Notes under the pieces: generated by a model
What the model was told of the DNA's origin: nothing
Database searches by the model: none
What the model saw: only the letters and a program-made list of their open reading frames with translations
Translations under genes and position numbers: made by a program
Assembly (NCBI GenBank): GCA_964230645.1
Contig: CAXRHT010000002.1
Span: forward strand, 1,472,001-1,536,000
Reading direction: 5' to 3'
From: Bdellovibrionales bacterium
GTDB taxonomy: Bacteria; Bdellovibrionota; Bdellovibrionia; Bdellovibrionales; JAGQZY01
Length of the DNA: 64,000 nucleotides
In this document: positions 20,190-30,977 of the stretch, piece by piece
How positions within the stretch are numbered: the stretch's first letter is position 1
Layout of the letters: every line of letters starts with the position of its first letter

Positions 20190-21250
20190 AAAACCAAAAA
20201 GATTCGCCAGTTCTCTTCTAATACACGGTCGAGACTAAAAGAGCTTTGCGCCTCGTCGGCATGAATATTCTGATACTCTAAAAATATATGATCATTGACC
20301 CTAATCCCAAGACCATGCAATCGAAAGCTCGCTTGATAAGGATTCGTTCCTGGAGATTCCCAGCTTTCCTGGGAAAAAAGTCCACGGTAGAAAACATGAA
20401 AGAACTCGAAATAACCACCGTAGCTGAAGGCTTGCCCCACTCTTTCGAGCCCGTCCTGCCTTTCATAACTTAAATTCCAGAATTCAGATAGAGCCGACGC
20501 TCTAACACGATCTTTCCAAAACTTAAAAGTCGGAGATTGCAACTCCAAACCAAGGCCCTCAAATTGTGGTCGTCTCTGGTAGCGGCGAGTGAGGTACACA
20601 AGCCGGGCTTGCATAAAGCTTGGCTTATAATCAAAGGATAAAAATTGGGGATTGATTTCGGCATTTTCTAAACTATTGTCTCCCGTCCGCAACGTACGAC
20701 CAGAGAAATAAGAGTAGGAGGCCGAGAGTGGAAGGTTTTCTAAAGGTTGATATTTTATATTTGCCCCTAGATCAATTCCTCGGCGGGTCACCAAAAGGTC
20801 ACTGTAGTAGGAGGGGCGTCTCGAGTAAACACCTTCCTCCCCCGTTAGGACTCCATAGGAATAATACATATTACCGGCCATAAAATTGAGACCTGTTAGG
20901 AAGTCAGGGGAGTAATCAAAATACACTTCTCCCAAGTAAATTTCCGTATCTTCTACAGCCTGTTGCCCTAAAATTTCAAAACGACTCTTAAGGTCTCTTG
21001 TAAACTGATACTCAAGTCCGACCGAAAGGTTCTGTACACCGGAATCTGTACTGGGCCGTTGCTCGGAGAGGTTTTGCTGCTTGGATTCAAGAGTCAGTTC
21101 ACCAAAGAAAGTCCAATCTTTTTGCCTATCATCCTCTTTTTCTGCTATGGAATCTGTGGAAACATTGGCCACTTCAACTGAATCATTCACCTCTTGTGAA
21201 TGGATGAGACTGATAAAAAGTAAACTATAAATCCACATAGGGAGCCTCAC
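20186..21250 (-). CDS. Putative porin-like outer-membrane protein
   Basis: Signal peptide, aromatic-rich strands, ends WRIFLVF. Confidence 0.65.
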   Translation of the reverse strand: MRLPMWIYSLLFISLIHSQEVNDSVEVANVSTDSIAEKEDDRQKDWTFFGELTLESKQQNLSEQRPSTDSGVQNLSVGLEYQFTRDLKSRFEILGQQAVEDTEIYLGEVYFDYSPDFLTGLNFMAGNMYYSYGVLTGEEGVYSRRPSYYSDLLVTRRGIDLGANIKYQPLENLPLSASYSYFSGRTLRTGDNSLENAEINPQFLSFDYKPSFMQARLVYLTRRYQRRPQFEGLGLELQSPTFKFWKDRVRASALSEFWNLSYERQDGLERVGQAFSYGGYFEFFHVFYRGLFSQESWESPGTNPYQASFRLHGLGIRVNDHIFLEYQNIHADEAQSSFSLDRVLEENWRIFLVF

Positions 21251-21884
21251 GCCTTAACATATTGATTCGGAAATTATGGAGGTCGACCCCCCAACGGTAT
21301 CCTTGCCCCCAGCTATAAAATACCATTCCTTCGCGAGCGCTATCAAAGTCGGCGTTTCCTGATAAAATTTTGTCTTTCTCAACCCGCAATGAAGAATTAA
21401 GAAGAACCTTATTATTCCATATCAGAATTCGACGATCGTTATTAAGACGATTGATGGTCTCAATTCGCAAATTAAATTCCCCTCGGTGATTCACAGCTTC
21501 GTCGATTGTGGTTAAAGGTTTAAAGGAAAAGCCAGGCTCGGCAAAACTGACCTCCACGGTGTGGGAGGAGTCCTCTCCATCCGACTCTCCTCTTTGAAAA
21601 CGAATTTGAATTCCTGTGTCGTAGGTGAAATCATCGAGAAAAAGATGGAGAATCAGCGAAGACTCTTCCTCAAAAAACTGTCCTTCAAGATTAATATGGA
21701 AACTATCACGCGGAGAGCGCAACTGGCTTGTCATCAAGATTTTGCCGGAACCAATATAACCTTTTTCATCAGCACGTATATTTTTTGATTGAATAGAATC
21801 CACTTCATCCATAAGAGGGCGTTCAGCTATACTCGGACTCTGATCGCATGCAACGAGGAACAATAATAAAGCAAAATACCTCAC
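21225..21884 (-). CDS. Hypothetical lipoprotein
   Basis: Lipobox LVAC. Confidence 0.7.
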   Translation of the reverse strand: MRYFALLLFLVACDQSPSIAERPLMDEVDSIQSKNIRADEKGYIGSGKILMTSQLRSPRDSFHINLEGQFFEEESSLILHLFLDDFTYDTGIQIRFQRGESDGEDSSHTVEVSFAEPGFSFKPLTTIDEAVNHRGEFNLRIETINRLNNDRRILIWNNKVLLNSSLRVEKDKILSGNADFDSAREGMVFYSWGQGYRWGVDLHNFRINMLRREAPYVDL

Positions 21885-21889
21885 AGACT

Positions 21890-23131
21890 CTACTCTCCCG
21901 AACGATTCACAGCGCTATATAGGCCGCGAGGAGTTTCTTCGTTGTCGTTTTCTCGATAAACATCACCCACGTCTTTCAACTTGTTGTAAAAATAAGAATC
22001 TTTTAAACGAGCCGCATAGTGGAGGCTAGTATTACCTTCCACACCTTCATCGTTGATCATATTTTTCAAAAAATTTCTGGCAAGACTAATATAGTTTCTT
22101 TGCTCGATCAGGGAATCAAAAATTCTTTTGTAATTTCGTGGGACGGAGGCTTGATTGCGGTCGATGTGAGCCAGAAGCTCCGCCAAGGGATTGCGGTCAA
22201 AATTATTTTGAGCTCGAAAATTTACAAAACGGCAAGTCATCAAGACCTGGGAGGCCTGCACGTGACCGTTACGAACCGCTTGATGAAGGGGTGTGTTCCC
22301 TTCGAGATTGTGAGAGTTGATCAGGTCATCCGGAATCAATGGTGCTCGCTGTAAAGCTCCTCCTAAGTAGTCAAGGACAAGACCTGCGACCGAAGGTGCA
22401 CCTTTCAGAAACTCACTGCCTTCAAACAGGTGCTCTCCGCATAACTCTTCTGTGGCCCATTTTAATAAATCGTGGCGGTTTTCACTGGCCGCTGTATGGA
22501 AAAAGTTTTGATCTAAGTTATCTTTTTGATTGTAAAAGCCCGACCAGAACGTCCAGCTTGTGGACCAGGTAAGAGTCCACTGCATCCAATAGTCTTTTAA
22601 AAGTTTTGCAACTGAGGCATTGGCTGCATAAAACAAAGCGTGACGATCGTTATTGTCTAGAAAATCAATATTGTGAAAACGAGCCAACCCAAAACGCAAA
22701 CTTCCTTTGTACTTTTCAGCGATCAATTCGATCAGAGATAGATGCCCGTACTGAGCCGCGTAGCTTATGTAACCACGCCCATTGCTATCAGAAGCCTTTA
22801 AGTCCTCAATCGATAATTCCCGTGCGATTTGCATGGCAATAGCTTCTTGCCTAAGCTCGATGGCCACCATCAAAGGCGTTTTACCCTCTTGGTTTTTAGG
22901 TAAAAACATCGTGGGATTGTCTTCCAAAACTCTTTGAACAGCTTCCGGCGATTTTTCAAAAACACCCTCAAAAGCATTATTAGGAGCCTTTGCTTGGCGC
23001 TCTTCGGGAGTCATGCGTGAAAGCTCGGAATTGGTTGGCAACTCTTCTTGAGGACGCTCATCGGAGCATCCTGAGGTGAGACTCGCAATGATAACGAATA
23101 AAAGGGAAAGGGCTGGGCAAAATATCTTCAT
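21890..23131 (-). CDS. Ankyrin-repeat lipoprotein
   Basis: Lipobox-like LTSGC; GKTPLMVA, GNTPLHQA, GNTSLHYA repeats. Confidence 0.88.
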   Translation of the reverse strand: MKIFCPALSLLFVIIASLTSGCSDERPQEELPTNSELSRMTPEERQAKAPNNAFEGVFEKSPEAVQRVLEDNPTMFLPKNQEGKTPLMVAIELRQEAIAMQIARELSIEDLKASDSNGRGYISYAAQYGHLSLIELIAEKYKGSLRFGLARFHNIDFLDNNDRHALFYAANASVAKLLKDYWMQWTLTWSTSWTFWSGFYNQKDNLDQNFFHTAASENRHDLLKWATEELCGEHLFEGSEFLKGAPSVAGLVLDYLGGALQRAPLIPDDLINSHNLEGNTPLHQAVRNGHVQASQVLMTCRFVNFRAQNNFDRNPLAELLAHIDRNQASVPRNYKRIFDSLIEQRNYISLARNFLKNMINDEGVEGNTSLHYAARLKDSYFYNKLKDVGDVYRENDNEETPRGLYSAVNRSGE

Positions 23132-23491
23132 CGATTGAACTCCGTTTATCCCACCCCAAATTTGAGAGAGCCAAGTAACACAGAAAGTTTTAAGGTCCTA
23201 AAAAAAAGTGTTTTCTGAATTTACTTGAAAAATAAATGAGAACCCCATTGGTATTACATAAAGTGAGTTTCAAAAAAGACTCAAAAAGAAAAAAATACAC
23301 ACGGACTTACCTTTTTTCACTAACGAATCCGGAAGAATGAATTGGTAACAATTGTGATAACTATTTTTTTAAACAGCAGCTTTGTGAATGTTTAATGCCT
23401 TTATAATTATGGTGAAAGGTAAATGAAAACGAAGCTTAATTTTTAGGATTTTCTTTTTCTTTTTTAGAAATTCATCTTAATAGCCATCTCT

Positions 23492-25327
23492 ATGAAAACC
23501 ATGGCTGTACGTTTGCTCCTCCTCGGACTTTTTACATTTCACTTCCTCCCCTTGAGTTTTGCCCACGATGACAGTGGTGATCAAGATCCTTATGAGCTTG
23601 CTGTCCGCTATGGAACGTTGTTTGAGCGAATCGCCCAACTTGATTTTGGAGAAGGCAGCCTTTCAGAGGCTCCGGCCGTCGCTACAGTCCGCATAAAAGG
23701 AAGAAACTACTACCTTAATGATTCTTTCTACACTGTGATGGAAGAGGTTTTTCGCCTCTATGCTGAAGATATTGAAAGCCTTTGCCCCAATTGTGAAGTC
23801 CCAAGCCCTGAGGATTTAAGCCATGAGGCCCGCGAGCTTGTCGCTAAGGGCTGGCTCACAAACTTAGGAGAAGCCTCCGCAAAAAATATTCTTTCTCGCT
23901 ACGGGGGAGAGTTTGTTGACCTTGGAGCCCGCTACGGCCATATGGCCGGGATCTTAAAAGTTATGGGGGAACTCGCAGAGGATGCTTTGCTCGTTATTTT
24001 TAAGATGCCTGGCGCCCATTTTCTCTGCGACGTCATCACCATGGTGGTATCAGCCAACGCAGCGAAAGTCTCCACTCTTTTTAATGTCTGGAAGAATGCT
24101 AAAGGCCTTGAGCGAGGAAGTATTCGGGAAATTTCTCGCCTGGTAGCAACCTCTTATGCCGCCAAAAGAAGTCTTGGGCGAATCAAACTTGAATTTGGCC
24201 CAGTGGAAGTGGATCCCCAACTCTTTTCTGACGAAGATACCAATGATCCGAGGAAAGCTTGGTTGGCTCATGAGATTGGTGATGAAAGACGCTTCCAGCG
24301 CTTTTTTAGTCGTGCCGATACTTTGATCTCTAAATACAGTGATCAGATTGGGGAGCTTGAAAAACAAAAACTCACAGCTTCGGATCGAAAAAAGCGACGC
24401 CTAGACAGACAAATCACAAGACTCCGAAACAAAATGTCCAACCAATTCAAGGTTAAAAGAAAAGTTTTTGAAGGGCGCAGGTTGGGCTACACGTTCCTGA
24501 TCTTCAAAAGAAAACGACGAATGAGTCTTTACTCTGATGAACCTGCAATGAGTTCTCTCGTGAAAGGATCAAAAGCCTGGATGGTCCCCATGACAGCGAC
24601 ACTCACCACTCCCGGATTTATATTCAAGAAGAATCATGAAGAGGAAGCCAAGCATTTTGTGGAAAGAGTCACTCATGAGCAAGCCGTTTTTGAAGGCAGT
24701 GATATCGAACAAATTCTCCTCTCTGAGGCCAAGGAAAAAGGTTTAGAGGAGGCCATGTTACAAAGGATTTTTGCCGATGTAGAAAGCCTTTTTGATACCA
24801 ACAGTGCAAGGCGTGTCCGCTACGTAAAAACCCTTGGTCTGCACGCTTTTGTCGGAGATTTTATGAGCCGACTGGCCAAGAAGTATATCGGTGTGGTTCG
24901 TGGAGAAATTTTGCAAACGGGTCCTGTGGCTTCTCAAACAAGAAAACTTTGGGGATTACAGTGGCGGGTGGGCCGATTGACTTATTTTAGTAGTCGCTAC
25001 ACCGATTACTTGAAATCAATTAGCTTAGTAAAAGGTAAAAGTCCTCTTACCAACGAATCCGCCTTTGCGAAAGAATACTTTGTTCGCCTTATTAGTGCCT
25101 ACGAAGTTCTAGGGCGCCTAAAAGACATTCCAACGATCTCGGAGGTGGAGGACATTAAACGAGAACTTGATGTTAAAATCGCTGAATTGAAAGCCAACCA
25201 ATTCTGGGTGGAGAAAAGAGCTGTGCATTCGATTTTGCCGGTTCGCCAAATGCTCGCTTCCATTCTTGGACTTGGGCGCTACAATTTATATCGTAGGAGG
25301 CCTCAGTGCGGTCAGCTCTACTTCTAA
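23492..25327 (+). CDS. Secreted hypothetical protein (611 aa)
   Basis: Signal peptide (…LSFA), long ORF, ends CGQLYF. Confidence 0.75.
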   Translation: MKTMAVRLLLLGLFTFHFLPLSFAHDDSGDQDPYELAVRYGTLFERIAQLDFGEGSLSEAPAVATVRIKGRNYYLNDSFYTVMEEVFRLYAEDIESLCPNCEVPSPEDLSHEARELVAKGWLTNLGEASAKNILSRYGGEFVDLGARYGHMAGILKVMGELAEDALLVIFKMPGAHFLCDVITMVVSANAAKVSTLFNVWKNAKGLERGSIREISRLVATSYAAKRSLGRIKLEFGPVEVDPQLFSDEDTNDPRKAWLAHEIGDERRFQRFFSRADTLISKYSDQIGELEKQKLTASDRKKRRLDRQITRLRNKMSNQFKVKRKVFEGRRLGYTFLIFKRKRRMSLYSDEPAMSSLVKGSKAWMVPMTATLTTPGFIFKKNHEEEAKHFVERVTHEQAVFEGSDIEQILLSEAKEKGLEEAMLQRIFADVESLFDTNSARRVRYVKTLGLHAFVGDFMSRLAKKYIGVVRGEILQTGPVASQTRKLWGLQWRVGRLTYFSSRYTDYLKSISLVKGKSPLTNESAFAKEYFVRLISAYEVLGRLKDIPTISEVEDIKRELDVKIAELKANQFWVEKRAVHSILPVRQMLASILGLGRYNLYRRRPQCGQLYF

Positions 25328-25893
25328 CGATTCTTTTGGCAACTATTGACCCAGCTGGAGCTCAAAGTCAGTGTGTTGAGCTTTTTAAGATTTCAAGCCC
25401 CTCTAGTCAGACCCATGAAGTGATGGCCACAAGTTGGGCGCTTCATAGTGCTCTTGAAAACCTCCCCCTTTTTGGCCGCACAAAAAGAGCGCGCCGAAAA
25501 GAACGGGAGCATATCGCTGAGGACCTCAAAGGAGTGGAGGAACAACTCGAACGCTTAATAAAGGAAAAGCCTTATCTCGAAGGCTACTTAGAGCGTTGGC
25601 AAAACTTCAATGCCTTCTGGTTGGAAAAAATAAAAGAGTTCGAAAGTTTGCCTGAAAAAGAGCAAAAAAAACTCGCCGCCCAAATGGAAATTCCACTCAG
25701 CATAGGGCTTAAACATCTTATTAGTTTTTTAGAATCGTCGCACCATCGCCGGTGGAACCTGGAAAGACTCAACCACCTGCTGACTATCCATACCGAGCAC
25801 CCGAGCGTGGATTTAAAAGCTTCTTTGTTTCTAATTGATCGAGGAACGAGAAAGTATTATTCGCGCTGGGACTTCACTCGCTGTAAATATTAG
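25306..25893 (+). CDS. Secreted hypothetical protein
   Basis: AGGAGG SD before GTG; signal peptide followed by QSQCVELF. Confidence 0.7.
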   Translation: MRSALLLTILLATIDPAGAQSQCVELFKISSPSSQTHEVMATSWALHSALENLPLFGRTKRARRKEREHIAEDLKGVEEQLERLIKEKPYLEGYLERWQNFNAFWLEKIKEFESLPEKEQKKLAAQMEIPLSIGLKHLISFLESSHHRRWNLERLNHLLTIHTEHPSVDLKASLFLIDRGTRKYYSRWDFTRCKY

Positions 25894-26360
25894 GATTTAA
25901 GGCTTTTAATTTTATCGACAACACTTGTGGTGGAACGACCCTGCACAAAGTTAAGGGACTTCACTTCTCCCCCTTGTTTCAGGACGTGATCCGAGCCGAC
26001 GATTTGATCAATAGCCCAATCCCCTCCTTTTACAAGGACATCGGGACTGATGGCTTCAATGAGTTTCAGGGGCGTGTCTTCTTCAAAAAGTATGGTGAAG
26101 TCCACGGCCTTAAGACTCCCTAGAATTTCAGCCCGGTCTTCTTCATTCTGCAAGGGTCTCTCGGGACCTTTTAGGCGCTGAACACTGGCATCAGAGTTCA
26201 CCCCTACCACCAGAAGATCCCCACAAGCCTTAGCCTCTTTTAAATAAGTGACGTGGCCGACGTGAAGAATGTCGAAGCAGCCATTGGTAAAAACGAGACG
26301 CTTGCCTTGCCTGCGAGTCGTTAATTGAGATTGTAGTTCTTCAATACTCTTACAAAACAT
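25890..26360 (-). CDS. rfaE2: D-glycero-beta-D-manno-heptose 1-phosphate adenylyltransferase (RfaE domain II)
   Basis: [29 protein letters not shown]. Confidence 0.95.
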   Translation of the reverse strand: MFCKSIEELQSQLTTRRQGKRLVFTNGCFDILHVGHVTYLKEAKACGDLLVVGVNSDASVQRLKGPERPLQNEEDRAEILGSLKAVDFTILFEEDTPLKLIEAISPDVLVKGGDWAIDQIVGSDHVLKQGGEVKSLNFVQGRSTTSVVDKIKSLKS

Positions 26361-26363
26361 AAA

Positions 26364-27254
26364 TTAGTATTGTCTGGAGTATAGTTTTAAGCCTGAGAAG
26401 TAGTAGGCGATGTCTTTTCCAAACCCAATGGATACCAGAGGAATAAGAAAAATTCCTGTGGCCATAATCACAAATGTTCGGAAAAGAACTTGCAGTGGAT
26501 ACATGATATGCGCTCTTTCTTTGGCAGAGCCCAGTTGAACATCAAAAGCCCAATCCCCAAGGGTGGAACCAAAAAGCCCTCTGGAAAGCATAAAGTAAAA
26601 AAGAGTGACTCCCACGTAAAGAAGAGAAATTTCCACTGTGGTTCTAAAGCTTAGCTGAGAGTGAGTGAGCATAGTGATAATATCCACTTGAGTGATCGCC
26701 ACTAAAGTCACAACAAAAAGTGAGGCCAAGCCTAGGACAATTAGAAAATCGATAATGGCCGAAGCAAAGCTTGAGGGCACTTCTTTGTATTGCGGCACAG
26801 GCTCCACCATCTGATGGTAAAAGCGTTTTTGAACCTCTTCTTTCGGGAAAGCTTGTGAAAGACTATTATCAAGAGTCACATCAAAATTTTGCTTAATGGC
26901 CGTCTGGGGCGCCTGATCCGGAGTGGGTCGATAGACGGGAGTCTCACGCAGTCTTTCTGGAGCCAAAGGACCTTTCAGACGCTGTTCACGGTCCTTATCG
27001 TCTTTGAAATCAACGGAAGGCGGTAGAGAGTCCAACATCTTTTTCAGAGATCGACTCACAGGTGCATCGTTGGGTTTTTTGAATTCTTTGTCTGATAATT
27101 CGAAATCTTGCTTTCTTAAAGTAGTGGTGCGCTCAAGAGAGGCCTTAGACTCCTCTTGTGGTCTTCTTTTGGATTTTTTTTGAGAATCTTCAGTGGTTTT
27201 GTCGAACCCCAAACCATCGGTCAAAGGTCGAAACTCAAAATTATCCAGATCCAT
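26364..27254 (-). CDS. RDD-family membrane protein with disordered N-terminus
   Basis: C-terminal TMs with ASAIID..., GSTLG, FRTF; start moved to ATG 27254. Confidence 0.75.
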   Translation of the reverse strand: MDLDNFEFRPLTDGLGFDKTTEDSQKKSKRRPQEESKASLERTTTLRKQDFELSDKEFKKPNDAPVSRSLKKMLDSLPPSVDFKDDKDREQRLKGPLAPERLRETPVYRPTPDQAPQTAIKQNFDVTLDNSLSQAFPKEEVQKRFYHQMVEPVPQYKEVPSSFASAIIDFLIVLGLASLFVVTLVAITQVDIITMLTHSQLSFRTTVEISLLYVGVTLFYFMLSRGLFGSTLGDWAFDVQLGSAKERAHIMYPLQVLFRTFVIMATGIFLIPLVSIGFGKDIAYYFSGLKLYSRQY

Positions 27255-27265
27255 CTCCCGCTCCT

Positions 27266-28009
27266 TTAGTCGAAATGCCCTAGACCATACTTTAAAATGC
27301 TCACGAGTGTCACGCAAGCCGTTTCAACTCGGAGAACCTGATCTCCAAGACTTATGGGTAAGAGCTTATAATCTTTAAACAATTCCAGATCCTGAGGGGA
27401 AAAGCCCCCCTCACTACCCACGAAAATCCACAAGGGCTGGGGGTTTGAGCCCATTTGGGCCACGCGATTTTTTAGATTTTCCCCACCTTCTCCTTCATAG
27501 GCCAAAAGTCCTAAAGCCTCCTGCTGTGAGAACTCTTTTAATAAGACACCAAGAGGTTTGATTTGGGTTAAATTCAAAAACTCTCCCCGCCCCGTCTGTT
27601 GGGTCGCCCCGCGGATAATTTTTTTCCATCTCTCATATTTTTTAGCTGGCACCTTTTTAGAGGACTTAACAAAGCTAAAATCTGAGGTGAAGGGATGGAT
27701 AGAGTGAACGCCGAGCTCCACCATTTTTTCGAGCACTTTCTCTAAGGTTTGAAATTTGGGAAGAGATAAGGCCAGGTGGATCTCAGGCTTTGGAAGTGGC
27801 GCAATGGTACGCGTTTCAAGCACTTTGGCCGTGGCCATTTTATTATTAACCTCGGTGATCTCCACCAAGAAGGCCTGGCCTTTGAGAATCAGTTCAAAGC
27901 GGTCATTTAACCCTCGCCGACAAACGACACAGATATGATGAAAAACTTCACCCGTGAGCTCAAAGCCCTCTTCCGTTTTATGTTCCTCTTCCACCCAATA
28001 ACGTCTCAC
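27266..28009 (-). CDS. rsmE: 16S rRNA m3U1498 methyltransferase
   Basis: EKMVELGV, VGSEGGFS, SLGDQVLRVETA. Confidence 0.95.
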   Translation of the reverse strand: MRRYWVEEEHKTEEGFELTGEVFHHICVVCRRGLNDRFELILKGQAFLVEITEVNNKMATAKVLETRTIAPLPKPEIHLALSLPKFQTLEKVLEKMVELGVHSIHPFTSDFSFVKSSKKVPAKKYERWKKIIRGATQQTGRGEFLNLTQIKPLGVLLKEFSQQEALGLLAYEGEGGENLKNRVAQMGSNPQPLWIFVGSEGGFSPQDLELFKDYKLLPISLGDQVLRVETACVTLVSILKYGLGHFD

Positions 28010-28908
28010 GAGCGCCTCTCAAAAATAAAGCCCACCCATTCGTCTTTTTGGTCCTTTTCAATAAGTTTTAAATCCCAATCCTCTGTCATCTCTTTAACAA
28101 ACTCTTTGGATCTTTCCTCAAGCACTCCAGTGAAGATGCAATATTTCGGTTCAATTTTTTTAAAGTCTTGTTTTAACTCTAGTAGAACTCCATCAATGAT
28201 GTTTGCGATGAGGAGATCCACTCTGCCAACAAGCTTTTCTGGCCAGTTCTCCTCCCACGTCACTTGGCTAATTTGGTTTTTCTTTAAGTTTTCTGTGAAA
28301 ACTCGGTGAGACTCGGGGTCATTGTCATAGGCAAAGCCATTTTGGAAACCAATCTTCCTTGCTAAAATTGACAAGATACCGGAACCAGTACCGACATCGA
28401 CGAAGGACTTTAAATTTTTATCTTTTAGTTCAACGAGAAAATGACTGGCTAACTGTGTGGTGGCATGAGTGCCTGTTCCAAACGCCATGCCCGGTTCAAT
28501 ATATATGCACTCTTTATTAGTATCAGAAAAATTCTCTTTTTCCCAATCGGGTACGATCCAGACAGGCTCTACTAAACAAAAGGGTTTCCATTGAGCTTTC
28601 CACTCCCCCAGCCAATCTTTTACCGGCTGTTGGTTAAGTAAAACTTCAATGTTGGGATAACGGTTAGTAAGCTTATTAAGAAGCTCTTGACCCGGATTCT
28701 GGGTAAAAAATGCGGTCAGAGTTTTGGTGTCTTGCTCGATCACCTCAGGAAGATATTTTTTGTCTTTTTGTTCAAACTGAAGGTTTTCTTGAACACCTGC
28801 GGCCCCTGATTCAAAAAGAAAAAGACTAATCTCCTCTTCTTGCTGGGCTGGCACATCTTTTAGTTCTAACTCGAAATAAGTTTGTGAATCCATAGAGGAT
28901 TCATTCAT
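28006..28908 (-). CDS. prmA: Ribosomal protein L11 methyltransferase
   Basis: IEPGMAFGTGTHATT, DVGTGSGILS; prmA-rsmE synteny. Confidence 0.95.
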   Translation of the reverse strand: MNESSMDSQTYFELELKDVPAQQEEEISLFLFESGAAGVQENLQFEQKDKKYLPEVIEQDTKTLTAFFTQNPGQELLNKLTNRYPNIEVLLNQQPVKDWLGEWKAQWKPFCLVEPVWIVPDWEKENFSDTNKECIYIEPGMAFGTGTHATTQLASHFLVELKDKNLKSFVDVGTGSGILSILARKIGFQNGFAYDNDPESHRVFTENLKKNQISQVTWEENWPEKLVGRVDLLIANIIDGVLLELKQDFKKIEPKYCIFTGVLEERSKEFVKEMTEDWDLKLIEKDQKDEWVGFIFERRS

Positions 28909-29456
28909 TAGCCTCGAGGATTTGTCAATGTTGGATGTGAAGCTTGCGGGTCCTCCTCTGGAAGAGACTCCGCCTCTGGCTCCTGAGGGGCCTCAGGCAA
29001 GCTTGCTGGCTGCCTGTCGTGCTCAAAAACACTGGAGGGAGCTTGATGGTAGCTAACCTTATTTCTCATCGTGGTTAGATCCAAACGATCCCCAATCATA
29101 ACCGAATCATAGGTCAGCATGGGACGCGCTTCTCTTCTATCGATCTCAACCAGCCGACCAATGCTTTTGTCATTGTCGGAGTGAATGATCTCAAGATCAG
29201 CCACTTTCACATAAAAATCTCCAACAGACTTATTGTCAAAAGGATCGTGAACGGGCACACGTCTTTTCACAGAGACAAGAGTCCCTTCCGTCAGGCCTAA
29301 ATCACTGCCCCCACGGATGAAGTAGTCGGCGTAAACTCTTTCACTCTCATGAAGCTTTACTTTCTTCCTGACTTCAATAACCACGGCCTCACTTTGAGCG
29401 GCCCAAAGGTTCTGAGTGAATAGCACCAACAATAGACTCATCAAAATATATTTCAT
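28908..29456 (-). CDS. Secreted hypothetical protein, possibly FlgT C-terminal-like
   Basis: Signal peptide from ATG 29456 (GAGG SD); I.GG..LGL..G..V.V.R pattern; RQPAS in an acidic tail. Confidence 0.6.
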   Translation of the reverse strand: MKYILMSLLLVLFTQNLWAAQSEAVVIEVRKKVKLHESERVYADYFIRGGSDLGLTEGTLVSVKRRVPVHDPFDNKSVGDFYVKVADLEIIHSDNDKSIGRLVEIDRREARPMLTYDSVMIGDRLDLTTMRNKVSYHQAPSSVFEHDRQPASLPEAPQEPEAESLPEEDPQASHPTLTNPRG

Positions 29457-29648
29457 AAAAGACACCTCTAATTTTGACTTGATATCTAACAAACCCATCG
29501 GATCATAATGAGATGGCCTAGAGTCCAGAATCGGCAGAAATTGCCTGTTTGGCTTAAAAAGGGGAAAAAGCTTCTATTTTCAGGACTTTTGTCCTTTTAT
29601 TTGTGGTTATTTTTTTCCTTTTTTCCGATTCACTTCAAGACACTTCCC

Positions 29649-29675
29649 TAAAGTAAAGACATTGGAAACCGATAA
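29649..29675 (+). promoter_or_regulatory. Sigma28 (FliA) promoter
   Basis: TAAA-N15-ACCGATAA, 7 nt before ATG 29683. Confidence 0.75.
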
Positions 29676-29682
29676 CAATACT

Positions 29683-30264
29683 ATGAGATTGCTGAACGTC
29701 GCGCTGCCATTATTACTGGCTTTATTTTTAGCTAACTGTTCTATCGATGTTTCCATCGATGATGTGACAGCCGATGACTTTTTAAAGTCCACAATCCTTG
29801 CCACTTCTCGAGGAATAGGAGATGGGCAAACCTCCGCCACTGTCGTGGTGTTACTTAAAAACTCTAATGACTCAATCGTCACAGGTTACAAACCTAATTT
29901 CGACTTCATCAACAATGGTGGTTCCACGGTTGCTGGTAACGGGATTACTTATTCCGATTGTGCGCCCTCGAATACTCAGGGGATTTCAACCTGTACCTTT
30001 AAATCCATTGAAGTTGGTCCCCAAAGAATTCTTTTCAATAACATTGTAGTCGAGCTTGTCGGAGAGGTCTTTTTCGAAGCTCCAAGCCGAAACGGAGTCT
30101 TCTCACAAGTGCTCAACTCAGCGCAAGTGGATCAAGTGGCCGCTGGTTATGTCGTCACATCACAAGTCGGTGCTCCTTTTAAAGGAATGGTTCATCAAGA
30201 CGACCAGGGTCGAGGTTATACAATTTTTACCAATACTACTGGTGGAATCACGCCCAATCCTTAA
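29683..30264 (+). CDS. Lipoprotein with Big-1/invasin-like Ig domain
   Basis: LANC lipobox; GDG...ATVVV.LK...G pattern of Ig-like domains. Confidence 0.65.
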   Translation: MRLLNVALPLLLALFLANCSIDVSIDDVTADDFLKSTILATSRGIGDGQTSATVVVLLKNSNDSIVTGYKPNFDFINNGGSTVAGNGITYSDCAPSNTQGISTCTFKSIEVGPQRILFNNIVVELVGEVFFEAPSRNGVFSQVLNSAQVDQVAAGYVVTSQVGAPFKGMVHQDDQGRGYTIFTNTTGGITPNP

Positions 30265-30332
30265 ATCCTTTCGTTAGTAATATTGACATATTGTTGCTAG
30301 CCTTTGCTTTCGATTAATTTAACAATATATCT

Positions 30333-30977
30333 ATGATTTTGATATTTCTAATTAGCGCTCTAAACTTTTTCAGTATTAGCCATGCGACCGACATGGGTTT
30401 TCGTTTTGAAAGCGGATTTTGTCATAAGAATCGTCAGCCAGGTCTCAACCCCTTTCACTATGGGGAATGCGGAAATTTAACAGGTGCTAAAATTATCAAT
30501 CGCAAGTTTCTCGATGAGAACTTCAAGGCTTCAACCTACAATTCCGCCTATATATACGTCACGACTTTTAAAAAGACGGATCTCAGTCATGTGTCTATTC
30601 GACGGGGCATCATGATGCAATCAAAGCTCAAAGACGTAACGGCCAAAGTTTTTGATCTTCGCGGTAGCCATATTAAAGGAGTGGACTTCATCAACACTGA
30701 CCTTACTAATTTACTCGCTTCCGGTACCCGATTTGTAAAAGTTGATTTTAAAAACTGTAACCTCACCCAGGCCAACTTCTGGGGATCCAGTTTACAAGAA
30801 ACCAATTTCGAGGGTAGTGATCTGAGCGGAGCCAACCTAGAAAACACCTTTCTGCTTTTTACAAGATTCAAAGGGGCTAAATTTAGCGATACAACAAAAC
30901 TCCCTTTCACCCAAAAAGAAGCTATTAAACGAGGAATGATTAAAGTTGATGATGAATTACCTGAAGAAACAGATTGA
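30333..30977 (+). CDS. Secreted pentapeptide-repeat protein
   Basis: Signal peptide; CNLTQ-ANFWG-SSLQE-TNFEG-SDLSG-ANLEN repeats. Confidence 0.9.
   Translation: MILIFLISALNFFSISHATDMGFRFESGFCHKNRQPGLNPFHYGECGNLTGAKIINRKFLDENFKASTYNSAYIYVTTFKKTDLSHVSIRRGIMMQSKLKDVTAKVFDLRGSHIKGVDFINTDLTNLLASGTRFVKVDFKNCNLTQANFWGSSLQETNFEGSDLSGANLENTFLLFTRFKGAKFSDTTKLPFTQKEAIKRGMIKVDDELPEETD

Noticed and set aside
23132..23491. Replication origin or ncRNA in the AT-rich intergenic region
   Set aside because: No DnaA box cluster or convincing stems seen.
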